A stretch of DNA of 64,000 nt from Haloferacaceae archaeon (GCA_042216285.1 JBDGUC010000009.1:24649-88648); one strand, 5' to 3'. Counted from the stretch's first letter, positions 55,595 to 64,000 are shown. Numbers and translations: made by a program. The notes: generated by a model not told the origin, from the sequence alone.

Positions 55595-55604
55595 ATTACA
55601 AAGG
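55595..55604 (+). promoter_or_regulatory. ATTACAAAGG box, instance 4 (two mismatches)
   Basis: tcaccATTACAAAGGccgc; 26 nt upstream of the ATG at 55621 and 35 nt upstream of the ATG at 55630. Confidence 0.35.
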
Positions 55605-55620
55605 CCGCTAACCGAGACGC

Positions 55621-57264
55621 ATGGCCCGTATGCGAACGAGCGGATCCGACGGGCTCCGAACCCTGGTGATCGGCATCGACGCCGGCTGTTTCAACGTGCT
55701 CGATCCGATGCTCGACGCCGGATCGGTCCCGACCATCGCCGGCCTGATCGACGACGGGATCGCCGCCGACCTCGAATCGCAGATCCCGCCGTGGACGCCG
55801 AGCGCGTGGCCGTCGGTCTACACGGGGGCGAATCCGGGAAAGCACGGCGTCTTCGGCTTTCTCTCCTTCGACGGCTACGACTGGACGGTCGTCGACTCGA
55901 CGCACGTCCGCGAACACGCGATCTGGGACCTGCTCGACCTGCACGGGTTCACGAGCGTCGTCGTCAACGCCCCGATCACGCATCCCCCGCCGGCGATCGA
56001 CGGCGCGGTCGTCCCCGGCTACGTCGCGCCGGAGCATCCGACCTGCCACCCGGCGGGACTCCTCGACGACCTCCGGGAGGCCATCGGCGACTACCGGGTG
56101 TACACGCCGTCGATGACCGAGACGGTCGCCCCCGACCGGAAGGTCCGGGAACTCGCCGCCCTCGCGGAGAGCCGCGGGGCGGCCACGTGCTACCTGTACG
56201 ACCGGTTCGACCCCGACTTCGGTTTCGTCCAGTTCCAGGCCACCGACACCGTCCTCCACGAGTTCCCCGGCGACCGCGAGAAGGCCGCGCGGGTGTACGA
56301 GGCCGTCGACGGCGCGATCGACGAGATCCTCGACGCCTGCCGGCCCGAGACGGTGGTCCTCGTCAGCGATCACGGGATGGACGCCTACGACACCCGGGTC
56401 GCGCTGAACGAGCATCTCCGGCGACACGGCTACGTCGAGGCGACCCGGAGCGGCGACGGGATGCCGACGTGGGCGGCGATCCGCGACACGAAACTGGCCG
56501 CGGGCGAGGCGGGCGAGCGGGCGGCGCCGTCCCTCCCCGGGCGCCTCATGCAGGGACTCGCGCGCGCCGGGATCACCAGCCAGCGGGTGGGCGCCGTGCT
56601 CGACCGCCTCGGCCTCGCGGAGGCCACGATGCGGGTGGTACCCGACGACCTGATCCGGGCCGGGAGCGAACAGGTCGACTTCCCGAACTCGACGGCCTAC
56701 ATGCGGTCCCGCATCGAGTGCGGGATCCGCCTCAACCTCGCGGGACGCGAACCCGAGGGGGTCGTCCCGGCCGACGAGTACGACCGGACGCGCGAGGCGC
56801 TGATCGACCTCCTGTCGGAGCTGGAGACGCCCGACGGGGAACCGGTGTTCGATGCGGTCGTTCCCCGCGAGGCCGTCTTCGAGGGCCCCTACGTCGACGA
56901 GGCCGTCGACCTCCTCACGATTCCCAACGAGTTCGAGTTCTACCTCACGACGTGGCTCACCGACGACGTCTTCGACCGTCCGGAGCGGGCGACGTGGGAC
57001 CACACGATGGAGGGGATCCTCGTGGCCGCCGGGGACGGGATCGATCCCGACGCGACGGCGGGGTCGCCACACCTGTTCGACGTCGCCCCGACGGTCCTCG
57101 CCACCGTGGGCGTGCCCGTGAGCGACCGGATGGACGGGGCCCCGCTTCCCTTCGTCGACCACCCGGGGACGGACACCTATCCCGAGACGGGCGGGGCGGC
57201 GCGGGGGACGACCGACGACGACGTCGAATCGCGGCTGTCGAACCTGGGGTATCTGGAACGATGA
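55621..57264 (+). CDS. Alkaline-phosphatase-superfamily protein (type I phosphodiesterase/nucleotide pyrophosphatase-like), cytoplasmic
   Basis: LVIGIDAGCFNVLDPML, PPWTPSAWPSVYTGANPGKHGVFGF, VLVSDHGM. No signal peptide. The start may be the ATG at 55630. Confidence 0.75.
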   Translation: MARMRTSGSDGLRTLVIGIDAGCFNVLDPMLDAGSVPTIAGLIDDGIAADLESQIPPWTPSAWPSVYTGANPGKHGVFGFLSFDGYDWTVVDSTHVREHAIWDLLDLHGFTSVVVNAPITHPPPAIDGAVVPGYVAPEHPTCHPAGLLDDLREAIGDYRVYTPSMTETVAPDRKVRELAALAESRGAATCYLYDRFDPDFGFVQFQATDTVLHEFPGDREKAARVYEAVDGAIDEILDACRPETVVLVSDHGMDAYDTRVALNEHLRRHGYVEATRSGDGMPTWAAIRDTKLAAGEAGERAAPSLPGRLMQGLARAGITSQRVGAVLDRLGLAEATMRVVPDDLIRAGSEQVDFPNSTAYMRSRIECGIRLNLAGREPEGVVPADEYDRTREALIDLLSELETPDGEPVFDAVVPREAVFEGPYVDEAVDLLTIPNEFEFYLTTWLTDDVFDRPERATWDHTMEGILVAAGDGIDPDATAGSPHLFDVAPTVLATVGVPVSDRMDGAPLPFVDHPGTDTYPETGGAARGTTDDDVESRLSNLGYLER

Positions 57265-58313
57265 CCACGACCGTGACCGACGACGCCGCTCGCGCGGTGA
57301 CGAACGGTGGAATCGAGATCCGTCCGGCGGCCGTCGACGCCGAGACCTGGAACGGATACGTCGAGCAGTCCCGGCAGGGGACGGCGTTTCACTACCGGCA
57401 GTTCCTCGACGTGGTGGCGGACCACGCCGACGCGACCGTTCACAAACTCGTCGGCTACAAGGGCCAGGAGCCGGTCGGCCTCTTTCCCGTCTTCGAGATC
57501 CGGAAGGGCCCGGTGACGACCGCCTTCTCCCCGCCGCCGAACATGGGGCTCTCCCAGATGGGCCCCGCGATGTTGAACCTCGGGGGGATGAAGCGACGCC
57601 GGGAGGAGAAGCGGGTCCACCGGTTCGTCGAGGCGGGACTGGAGTGGATCGACCGGGTCGTGGCTCCGAGCTACGTCCACGTCAGGACCCACCACAGCTA
57701 CGGCGACCACCGGCCGTTCATCTGGAACGGCTTCGACCTGTCGAGTCGGTACACCTACGTCGTCGACCTCTCTCCGGGGGCCGACGAGGTGATCGGGGAG
57801 TTCAGCAGCGACGCCCGCCGGAACGTCCGCCGGACCGACGACGACGACTACCGGATCGAGGAGCGCGGCGCCGGCGCCGTCGGCGCCGTCATCGACCACG
57901 TCGACCGGCGCCACCGGCGCCAGGGGCTCGACTTCCCCGTGACGGCGGCGTTCGTCGGCGACCTGTTCGACCGGCTGCCGGACGGCACGATCCGGGCGTA
58001 CGTCTGCGAGGTCGACGGCGAGTACGCCAGCGGGATGATCACCCTGGAGGACGACCGGACCGTCTACCGGTGGGAGGGCGGGGCGCGGCCGCTCCACGAC
58101 GTCGACGTGCCCGTCAACGACCTGCTGGACTGGCGGGTCATCACCGACGCCATCGACCGCGGGCGGACGCAGTACGACCTCCTCGGGGCCAACACCCCAC
58201 AGCTCTGCGATTACAAGTCGAAGTTCGGCCCCGAACTGGTCTCCTACCAGGCCGCCGAGTCCGGAACCCGGACGATGCGGCTCTTCTCGCGGCTGTACAG
58301 ACGCCTGCACTGA
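57261..58313 (+). CDS. FemAB-like / Acetyltransf_6-type GNAT (peptidyl- or aminoacyl-transferase-like)
   Basis: About 350 aa two-lobed GNAT pattern: SRQGTAFHYRQFLDV, FSSDARRNVRR, LLDWRVITDAIDRGRTQYDLLGAN...YKSKFG. ATGA overlap with the upstream gene. Confidence 0.7.
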   Translation: MTTTVTDDAARAVTNGGIEIRPAAVDAETWNGYVEQSRQGTAFHYRQFLDVVADHADATVHKLVGYKGQEPVGLFPVFEIRKGPVTTAFSPPPNMGLSQMGPAMLNLGGMKRRREEKRVHRFVEAGLEWIDRVVAPSYVHVRTHHSYGDHRPFIWNGFDLSSRYTYVVDLSPGADEVIGEFSSDARRNVRRTDDDDYRIEERGAGAVGAVIDHVDRRHRRQGLDFPVTAAFVGDLFDRLPDGTIRAYVCEVDGEYASGMITLEDDRTVYRWEGGARPLHDVDVPVNDLLDWRVITDAIDRGRTQYDLLGANTPQLCDYKSKFGPELVSYQAAESGTRTMRLFSRLYRRLH

Positions 58314-58381
58314 GCGTCGATCGGTCCGGTTCGGACCGCCCGGACCGCTACCGCTCGACCGGGACGGGGCGCGCCGTCCCC

Positions 58382-59515
58382 TCACCCCGCCTCGCGGAGG
58401 CCGAACGCGACCGTCCAGTTCGTGACGTCGTCGAGCGCCCGGCCCCCGAGCGTCCACCGGTCCCGCCCGGAGGACGACCGTCCGGCGAGGGGTGCGACGA
58501 CGAGGGTCGTCGGGGTCGTGACGGCCGACAGGGGGAGGGCGTCGTCGGCGTGGAAGCCGAACGCGCGGAGCGCGGCGGGAGGGAACCCGGAGCCGGACGC
58601 CACCAGCAGGTCCGCGTCGTCGTACTCCTCGACGATGACGGCGAGGGCCGCCTTCGTCGCCGCCGTGCGGTCCGGCGTCGGGAGCAGCGGCACCAGGTCG
58701 GCGAGCACGAGGCGCCGGACCCCGTCGCGCGCGTCGGCGTAGGCGACGACCGCGGCCGCGGGTTCGCCCCCCAGGGTGGTGACGTACGTCGTCGCCAGCG
58801 CCTCGGGGTCCGAGAAGCGCCAGCGGTAGTACGCCGGGTTCCGGATCGCGTGGATCGTGTTCGGGACGGCCCGCCGGTACAGCGACCAGAGGAGGTCGAG
58901 CGGGAGGTCGGTGTAGCGGTGGACGGTCACGTCGTCGGGGACCGTGACCAGGCGGTCGCGGACTTCGAGATAGCCGGCGACCGCCGGCGAGACCGCCCGT
59001 GCGAGCCGTCCCCGGCGGGACTCGTCGGAGAGAACCGCCGGCCGCTGGACGCGGTAGTGGGTGCGTACGGCACCCGCCGTCCGGGCGTCGGGGTCGAGCC
59101 ACCGGGAGTCGGCGGTCGGCTCGGCGAACCGGAACCTGACGGCGGGATCCTCGCCGGCGTACCGGTCGGCACAGGCCGTCGCCAGCCCGGTCGTCACCTC
59201 GTGTCGGTCGTGGCACCGTCGAACCAGCGGATCCCCGACGCGGAGGCCGAGCACGGCCTCCCGGGGCGTCCCCAGTCCCAGCCGGAGGGCCGCGAGCGGG
59301 AGGGCACCGGCCAGGTCGCCGTCGGGCCCGACCGCGACGAGCACCGGGACCCGGGACGAAAACGGGTTGTGTTCGAACCGCCACGCGAACCACTCCGGCG
59401 AGTGGGGAGTCCCTGCCGATTCGTACAGCGACAGGACGGCCGCCCTGTCGTCCTCCCGGTACCGGCGCACCGCGTACCGACTGGCGGTACCGCGTCGGTC
59501 GGCGGACTCGACCAT
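58382..59515 (-). CDS. GNAT-family acyltransferase (two-domain, Eis/FemAB-like size)
   Basis: YAVRRYREDDRAAVLSLYESA...WFAWRFEHNPF...YYRWRF pattern. The ATG at 59515 lies 33 nt downstream of the box. Confidence 0.6.
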   Translation of the reverse strand: MVESADRRGTASRYAVRRYREDDRAAVLSLYESAGTPHSPEWFAWRFEHNPFSSRVPVLVAVGPDGDLAGALPLAALRLGLGTPREAVLGLRVGDPLVRRCHDRHEVTTGLATACADRYAGEDPAVRFRFAEPTADSRWLDPDARTAGAVRTHYRVQRPAVLSDESRRGRLARAVSPAVAGYLEVRDRLVTVPDDVTVHRYTDLPLDLLWSLYRRAVPNTIHAIRNPAYYRWRFSDPEALATTYVTTLGGEPAAAVVAYADARDGVRRLVLADLVPLLPTPDRTAATKAALAVIVEEYDDADLLVASGSGFPPAALRAFGFHADDALPLSAVTTPTTLVVAPLAGRSSSGRDRWTLGGRALDDVTNWTVAFGLREAG

Positions 59516-59538
59516 GCCGGACGGAGCTTCCCGCGTCG

Positions 59539-59548
59539 GCTTTGTTAT
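59539..59548 (-). promoter_or_regulatory. ATAACAAAGC box, instance 5
   Basis: Minus-strand ggtgcATAACAAAGCcgac; 33 nt upstream of the ATG at 59515. Confidence 0.4.
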
Positions 59549-59741
59549 GCACCGTCTGTCCGCCGAGGTGACGGGAGCCCACCTCTCGCCCGCGGAGCGC
59601 GCCCCCACGGTCCCGGGGGCGTCCGGCGATCCCACGTCGCGGCCCGCCGCCGCCACGGGTCGCCGTCCGGCCGACTCGATCCCGGGCCAGCGAGTTCATG
59701 TGCCGCTTAACTAACTCCGTTCGCGGCGACTACCGCCCAGC

Positions 59742-60707
59742 GTGACCCCGCAGGTTATCCACCGACCGGCCGCGACCCGTCGGACGCCACTGCGCGTGTT
59801 GAACCTCGTGACGACGTCCAGATCGCGGTTCTTCCGCCACCAGGTCGAGACGCTCGAATCGATGGCGGTGCGTTGCGAGACGGTCGCGGTTCCCGGTCAT
59901 CCGGCGACCGGCGAGACCCGGTCCCCGATCGACTACCTCCGGTTTTTCCCGACGGTCCTGCGACGATCGTTCGGCCAGTACGACCTGATCCACGCGAACT
60001 TCGGCCTGACCGCGCCACACGCGCTCCTCCAGTACCGGCTCCCCGTCGTCGTGTCGCTGTGGGGGACGGACCTCTTCGGGCCGTACGGCTGGGTCAGCGA
60101 ACTGTGCGGGCGACACGCCGACGCCGTCATCGTGATGTCCGAGGCGATGGCCGAGCGCCTCGACTACGACTGCGAGGTCATCCCCCACGGCGTCGACACG
60201 GAACTCTTCCGGCCCGTCGACCCCGAGGCGGCCTGCCGCGACGTGGGCTGGGATCCCGCCGAGGCGAACGTGCTCTTCCCGTACGATCCGGGGCGGGAGG
60301 TGAAGGATACCCCGCTCGCCACCCGGGTCGTCGACGCGGCCCGCGACCGGCTCGACCGGCCGATCAACCTCCGGGTGGTCTTCGGCATCCCCCAGGAGCG
60401 GATGCCGACGTACATGGGCGCCGCCGACGCGCTCCTGCTCACCTCCCGCTGGGAGGGCTCGCCGAACTCCGTCAAGGAGGCGCTCGCCTGCAACCTCCCC
60501 GTCGTCGGGCGGCCGGTCGGGGACGTCCCCGAACGGCTGGCCGACGTCGAACCCTCCGTCGTCGGCCGGAGCGAGGCCGACCTGGTCGACGGCCTCGTCG
60601 AGGTGTTGCGCGCCGGCGGGCGATCGAACGGCCGGGAGTCGGTCCGCGACCTCAGCCAGGAGCGCGTGGCCGAGCGGATCCGCGACGTCTACGAGCGCGT
60701 GCTCTGA
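59742..60707 (+). CDS. Family 4 (GT-B, GT1-domain) glycosyltransferase
   Basis: LRVLNLVTT N-terminus; C-terminal SRWEGSPNSVKEALACNLPVVGRPVGDVPE (EX7E-type motif). The start codon is uncertain (GTG at 59742 or a downstream GTG/TTG). Confidence 0.8.
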   Translation: MTPQVIHRPAATRRTPLRVLNLVTTSRSRFFRHQVETLESMAVRCETVAVPGHPATGETRSPIDYLRFFPTVLRRSFGQYDLIHANFGLTAPHALLQYRLPVVVSLWGTDLFGPYGWVSELCGRHADAVIVMSEAMAERLDYDCEVIPHGVDTELFRPVDPEAACRDVGWDPAEANVLFPYDPGREVKDTPLATRVVDAARDRLDRPINLRVVFGIPQERMPTYMGAADALLLTSRWEGSPNSVKEALACNLPVVGRPVGDVPERLADVEPSVVGRSEADLVDGLVEVLRAGGRSNGRESVRDLSQERVAERIRDVYERVL

Positions 60708-61092
60708 CGGGCACAGTCACGGAACCGGCGCGGAACGCCTCTCGGCGTCGACCCCCGCGCAATCGGGCCGCCACTTCTCGTCCCCTCCGGCCCACCTCCG
60801 CGCCGTCCGGGCGAACGTCTCCGCCGGGCGAGAGGTCGTCCGGCGGGACCCGACCGCCGGGGAGCGTCGGTCGTCCGTGGACGCCGACGCTCCGGTGACT
60901 CGTCGGCCGGCACGAGACCGCACGCGACCGGCCGACGGGTGGAGACGATCGACAGCAGGCGCCGTTGCCGGCGCGGTTAATCCGCGATTTCTCAGCTCCT
61001 TTCCACGCCGCGCTGACATATATAACCACGTGAACGCACTCTTAGAATAAAATGATAGTCCCTTAATTTTGAATATCTCAATAAAGGAATAA

Positions 61093-61098
61093 TTTATG
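61093..61098 (+). promoter_or_regulatory. TATA box (TTTATG) 32 nt upstream of the ATG at 61125, within an about 85-bp AT-rich tract
   Basis: AATAATTTATGG. The tract 61015-61100 is the most AT-rich segment of the window. Confidence 0.45.
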
Positions 61099-61124
61099 GT
61101 GGTAGGCCCGGGTTACCGGAGTGC

Positions 61125-62585
61125 ATGGCACGCAACGGGGCGGAGCGGGAACGAGGCAACGCGGACGAGTCGGACGGAACGGCGGACGGCGACTCCTCGA
61201 ACACCGCGTCGGTGCTCCACCGGCGGTCGTATCTCGCCCTCGCGGGCGCCGCGGTCGCGGCCGTCGGAGGGGTGCGGCTCGCGGAGGAGGCGAGTGCGGC
61301 GAACCAGGTCAGCGTGGTCGACTACGGGGCCGATCCGAGCGGCTCGGCCGATTCGACCGGCGCGATCGACGACGCGCTCGCGGACGCGGACGACGAGGTC
61401 TTCTTCCCGGAGGGGACGTATCTCACCGGCGGCGGCCACGACCTGAACGGGAAGACGGTCCGAGGGGCCTCCCGGGACGGCACGGTGTTACAGTTGACCG
61501 ACTCGGGCGAACTGTTCCGGAGCGGTGCGGACGGGTGGGGAATCCACCGGATGAAGTGGGACGTCACGCACGGCACCGACAGCCTCGAAGACATGACGAA
61601 CAACGAGTATCTCCAGTGTTTCTTCGAACACGACGGGACGCTGTCGGACGTGTGGATCAACGGCGTCCAGGCCCGGACCAGCGACTCCGGCGCGCCCCAG
61701 GTCTTCGCCGTCAAGGACGCGGACGGGACGATCCGGTTCGAACGGCTCTACATGCCGAACGGGACCGGGGACCCCAACGAGCTGAACGCGCTCAAGTTCC
61801 TCGGCTCCTTTTCGGACTGGGGGTTCACCGGGACGCTGGAGTTCGTCGACTGCGACGTTCGGCTGGCGGCCAACAACTTCATCTACACGGAGTCGCCGAC
61901 CGACGGACCGTACATGGACGTGCTGGTCGACGGCTGTTACTTCCGGAACAACAACGTCGGGATGCGGCCGCCGGCGGGTGGGACGTTCACCGTCCGGAAC
62001 ACGGTCATCGACAACCGGGGTCCGGAACCGCTCCAGGACCACAGCAACGACCAGTACGACGGCGACAGCACCGGCCGCGGGATCTGGATTCCGGGCTACA
62101 TCGGCGGCGACTGCCAGGTCAACGTGGAGAACGTCAGGATGGACTGTGACGGCGACCCCGGCATCGACCTCGAAGGCGGATCGGTCGACGTCTCCGGGTC
62201 GACGATCAGCGGCGATCCGGGCGTGCTCGCGCCGAGCGGTTCCGTCGTCGACTCGTGCGTCGACGGTTCGATCGACGGCGTCTCGACCGACGGCGTCACC
62301 TCCGGCTGCAGTCCCGACCTGTCGCCGCCGGTCGACCTGTCGCCGCCGTACGACGGGAGTGGCGGGCAGTCGACGGCGACGGGAACCGATACATCGACGG
62401 ACACGGCGACGGATACGCCGACCGACACGGCGACCGACACGCCGACCGACACGGCGACCGACACGCCGACCGACACGGCGACCGACACGCCGACTGACCC
62501 GCCGACCGACACGCCGACCGGCCCGTCCGTGTCCAGTGCCAGCACGGCCGACACGTCCACTGGGGGCCCGGACTGCGGGCGATGA
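61125..62585 (+). CDS. Secreted right-handed beta-helix protein (pectate-lyase-superfamily/glycosidase-like) with a Thr/Asp/Pro-rich repeat tail
   Basis: Tat motif HRRSYLALAGAAVAAVGG. VVDYGADPSGSADSTGAIDDAL is the typical Pectate_lyase_3 N-terminus. C-terminal TDTATDTPTD repeats. Confidence 0.7.
   Translation: MARNGAERERGNADESDGTADGDSSNTASVLHRRSYLALAGAAVAAVGGVRLAEEASAANQVSVVDYGADPSGSADSTGAIDDALADADDEVFFPEGTYLTGGGHDLNGKTVRGASRDGTVLQLTDSGELFRSGADGWGIHRMKWDVTHGTDSLEDMTNNEYLQCFFEHDGTLSDVWINGVQARTSDSGAPQVFAVKDADGTIRFERLYMPNGTGDPNELNALKFLGSFSDWGFTGTLEFVDCDVRLAANNFIYTESPTDGPYMDVLVDGCYFRNNNVGMRPPAGGTFTVRNTVIDNRGPEPLQDHSNDQYDGDSTGRGIWIPGYIGGDCQVNVENVRMDCDGDPGIDLEGGSVDVSGSTISGDPGVLAPSGSVVDSCVDGSIDGVSTDGVTSGCSPDLSPPVDLSPPYDGSGGQSTATGTDTSTDTATDTPTDTATDTPTDTATDTPTDTATDTPTDPPTDTPTGPSVSSASTADTSTGGPDCGR
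62398..62520 (+). repeat. 12/24-bp tandem repeats (ACCGACACGGCG/ACCGACACGCCG) encoding (TDTA/TDTP)n
   Basis: Read directly; about 10 units of 12 bp. Confidence 0.8.
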
Positions 62586-62702
62586 GTCGGCGGACGGGGT
62601 GGCCCGTCGGTCCACCGGGGTCGCCGCCGGGCGCGGGAGGTGATCGTTCGGGCGCTCCCCGATCCGGCTAGTCCGGCGGCCGTCGCTCGTCGTAGCGGCC
62701 GC

Positions 62703-64000
62703 CTACTCCACGGTCACGCTCTTGGCCAGGTTCCGTGGCTTGTCGATGGCCCGCTCCAGGTGGGCGGCGGCGTGGTAGGCCAGGAGCTGGAGCTGGACGT
62801 TCGCCAGGACGCCCGCGAGGTCCGGATGCGTCTCGGGGATCCGGACGACGTGATCGGCGACGTCTCGGACGGCCGTGGGATCGCTGGTCACCGCGACGAT
62901 CGGTGCACCGCGGGCACGCACCTCCTGGAGGTTGTGTCTGGTCTTGCCCGCCGTGTCGTCGGCGAGGATTCCGAACACCGGCGTCTCCTCGGTCACGAGC
63001 GCGAGCGGACCGTGTTTGAGTTCGCCGGCGGCGAACCCCTCGGCGTGTTCGTAGGTGATCTCCTTGAACTTCAGCGCGGCTTCGAGCGCGACCGTGTAGC
63101 CGGTGTTGCGTCCGACGAAGAAGTAGCCCCCGTAGTCGGCGTAGGTCGCCGCTATCTCGGCCGTCGACGTCCCGTCGAGCACGGCGGCCACCGCGTCCGG
63201 CAGGTCGCACACTGCGTCGAGGAACGCCGGGCCCGCGGGGGTGCCGGCGGGGACGTCGCGGGCGACGGCCTCCAGAAGCAGGGAGAGCGTCGCCAGTTGC
63301 GAGGAGAACGTCTTCGTCGCGGCGACGCCGATCTCCGGACCCGCGCGGATGAACAGCGACCGATCGCAGACCCGCGTCGCCGTCGATCCGACGACGTTCG
63401 TCACCGCGAGCGTGTCGGCCCCGACGTCGTTGGCCGCCCGGATCGCCTCCAGCGTGTCGGCGGTCTCGCCGCTCTGGGTCACGCCGAGGACGAGCGTTCC
63501 GTCGTCGATCGGCGGGGGCGAGGCCGCGTACTCGCTCGCCAGGAACGCGTTCGCGCGCACTCCCCGTCGCCGGGCGAGTTCGACGGCGTACCGGGCGGCG
63601 TGGTACGACGTACCACAGCCGACCAGCTGGAGTTCGGTGACGTCGTCGAACGAGCCACCCGGGAAGTCGTCGAGCGCGACCGTCCCGTCGTCCGCGATCC
63701 GACCCTGCACCGACTGGGCGAGCGCCTCCGGCTGTTCGTGGATCTCCTTCAGCATGTAATGGTCGAACCGGCCCTTTCCGGTGTCCTCGGGATCCCAGTC
63801 GACCGACTCAACGGTCGGATCGACGGCGCGCCCCGAGAGCGTCGTGACCTCGCAGTCGTCCGGGCCGACGGCGACGACCTGTCCGTCGTCGAGGTAGATC
63901 ACCCGGTCCGTGTATTCGAGGAACGCGGGGACGTCACTCGCCAGGTACCGACGGTCGTCGCCGACGCCGACCACGAGCGGCGACCCCCGCCGGGCGGCGT
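62703..64000 (-). CDS. glmS: Glutamine--fructose-6-phosphate aminotransferase (isomerising); N-terminus lies beyond the window end
   Basis: C-terminal ..HLERAIDKPRNLAKSVTVE, SIS-domain motifs GCGTSYHA, LGVTQSGETADT, GPEIGVAATKTF. The reading frame stays open to base 64000. Confidence 0.9.
   Translation of the reverse strand, partial: AARRGSPLVVGVGDDRRYLASDVPAFLEYTDRVIYLDDGQVVAVGPDDCEVTTLSGRAVDPTVESVDWDPEDTGKGRFDHYMLKEIHEQPEALAQSVQGRIADDGTVALDDFPGGSFDDVTELQLVGCGTSYHAARYAVELARRRGVRANAFLASEYAASPPPIDDGTLVLGVTQSGETADTLEAIRAANDVGADTLAVTNVVGSTATRVCDRSLFIRAGPEIGVAATKTFSSQLATLSLLLEAVARDVPAGTPAGPAFLDAVCDLPDAVAAVLDGTSTAEIAATYADYGGYFFVGRNTGYTVALEAALKFKEITYEHAEGFAAGELKHGPLALVTEETPVFGILADDTAGKTRHNLQEVRARGAPIVAVTSDPTAVRDVADHVVRIPETHPDLAGVLANVQLQLLAYHAAAHLERAIDKPRNLAKSVTVE

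Noticed and set aside
54372-58313. 1313-aa ORF on the + strand.
   Set aside because: Only its last 350 codons (57261..58313, the FemAB-like protein) are coding-like. The remainder is a chance open frame across the DUF354 (-) gene and, out of frame, the alkaline-phosphatase-like gene.
1-64000. Search for tRNA, rRNA, transposase/IS, integrase, toxin-antitoxin or known defence-system genes.
   Set aside because: No cloverleaf-like or rRNA-like sequences were recognised in the translations or spacers. No DDE/HUH transposase, tyrosine recombinase or Cas/RM/Abi-like signatures were recognised either. Absence cannot be proven without tRNAscan/Infernal/HMM searches.

Overview
This window is a very GC-rich stretch of a haloarchaeal (class Halobacteria) replicon. 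Supporting signs are acidic proteomes, Tat/lipobox signal peptides, a halocyanin, an Htr-type transducer, haloarchaea-specific wHTH families and TATA-like boxes about 31-35 nt upstream of start codons. All calls come from reading the supplied ORF translations and the DNA; no searches were run, so family names are recognition-based. About 60 genes are supportable, in this order. (1) A surface protein, then a fluoride riboswitch with a tandem crcB pair. (2) A copper island: USP, CopA, an Lrp+TRASH regulator and CopZ. (3) Metabolic genes: VOC, 3-hydroxyacyl-CoA dehydrogenase, an fba-fbp pair, an acetamidase broken by one in-frame TAG and coupled to a tandem XapX-like membrane protein, an acyl-CoA carboxyltransferase and a TetR regulator. 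(4) A CcdA/TlpA/SCO1 copper-site maturation module, divergent from a split permease pair. (5) An LLM oxidoreductase, a molybdopterin oxidoreductase, and a TrkA-APC permease pair. (6) A nitrous-oxide reductase cluster: halocyanin-nosZ-unknown membrane ORF-nosDFYL. (7) A 3-TM protein plus an MCP, a ClC channel, and a polX-ligA operon. (8) A repeat-rich secreted protein containing a perfect 296-bp internal duplication. (9) Five small wHTH regulators within 3.7 kb. (10) A 13-kb glycan-biosynthesis cluster followed by glmS. The cluster holds WbpD/E/B-like enzymes, GT2, GT4, DUF354, and AsnB-like, FemAB-like, GNAT and alkaline-phosphatase-like genes. The most interesting points are a conserved ATAACAAAGC box at promoter position in front of five genes of the glycan cluster, the uncharacterised His-rich membrane ORF inside the nos operon, and the intragenic perfect repeat. 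No tRNA, rRNA, CRISPR array, transposase or integrase was recognised.
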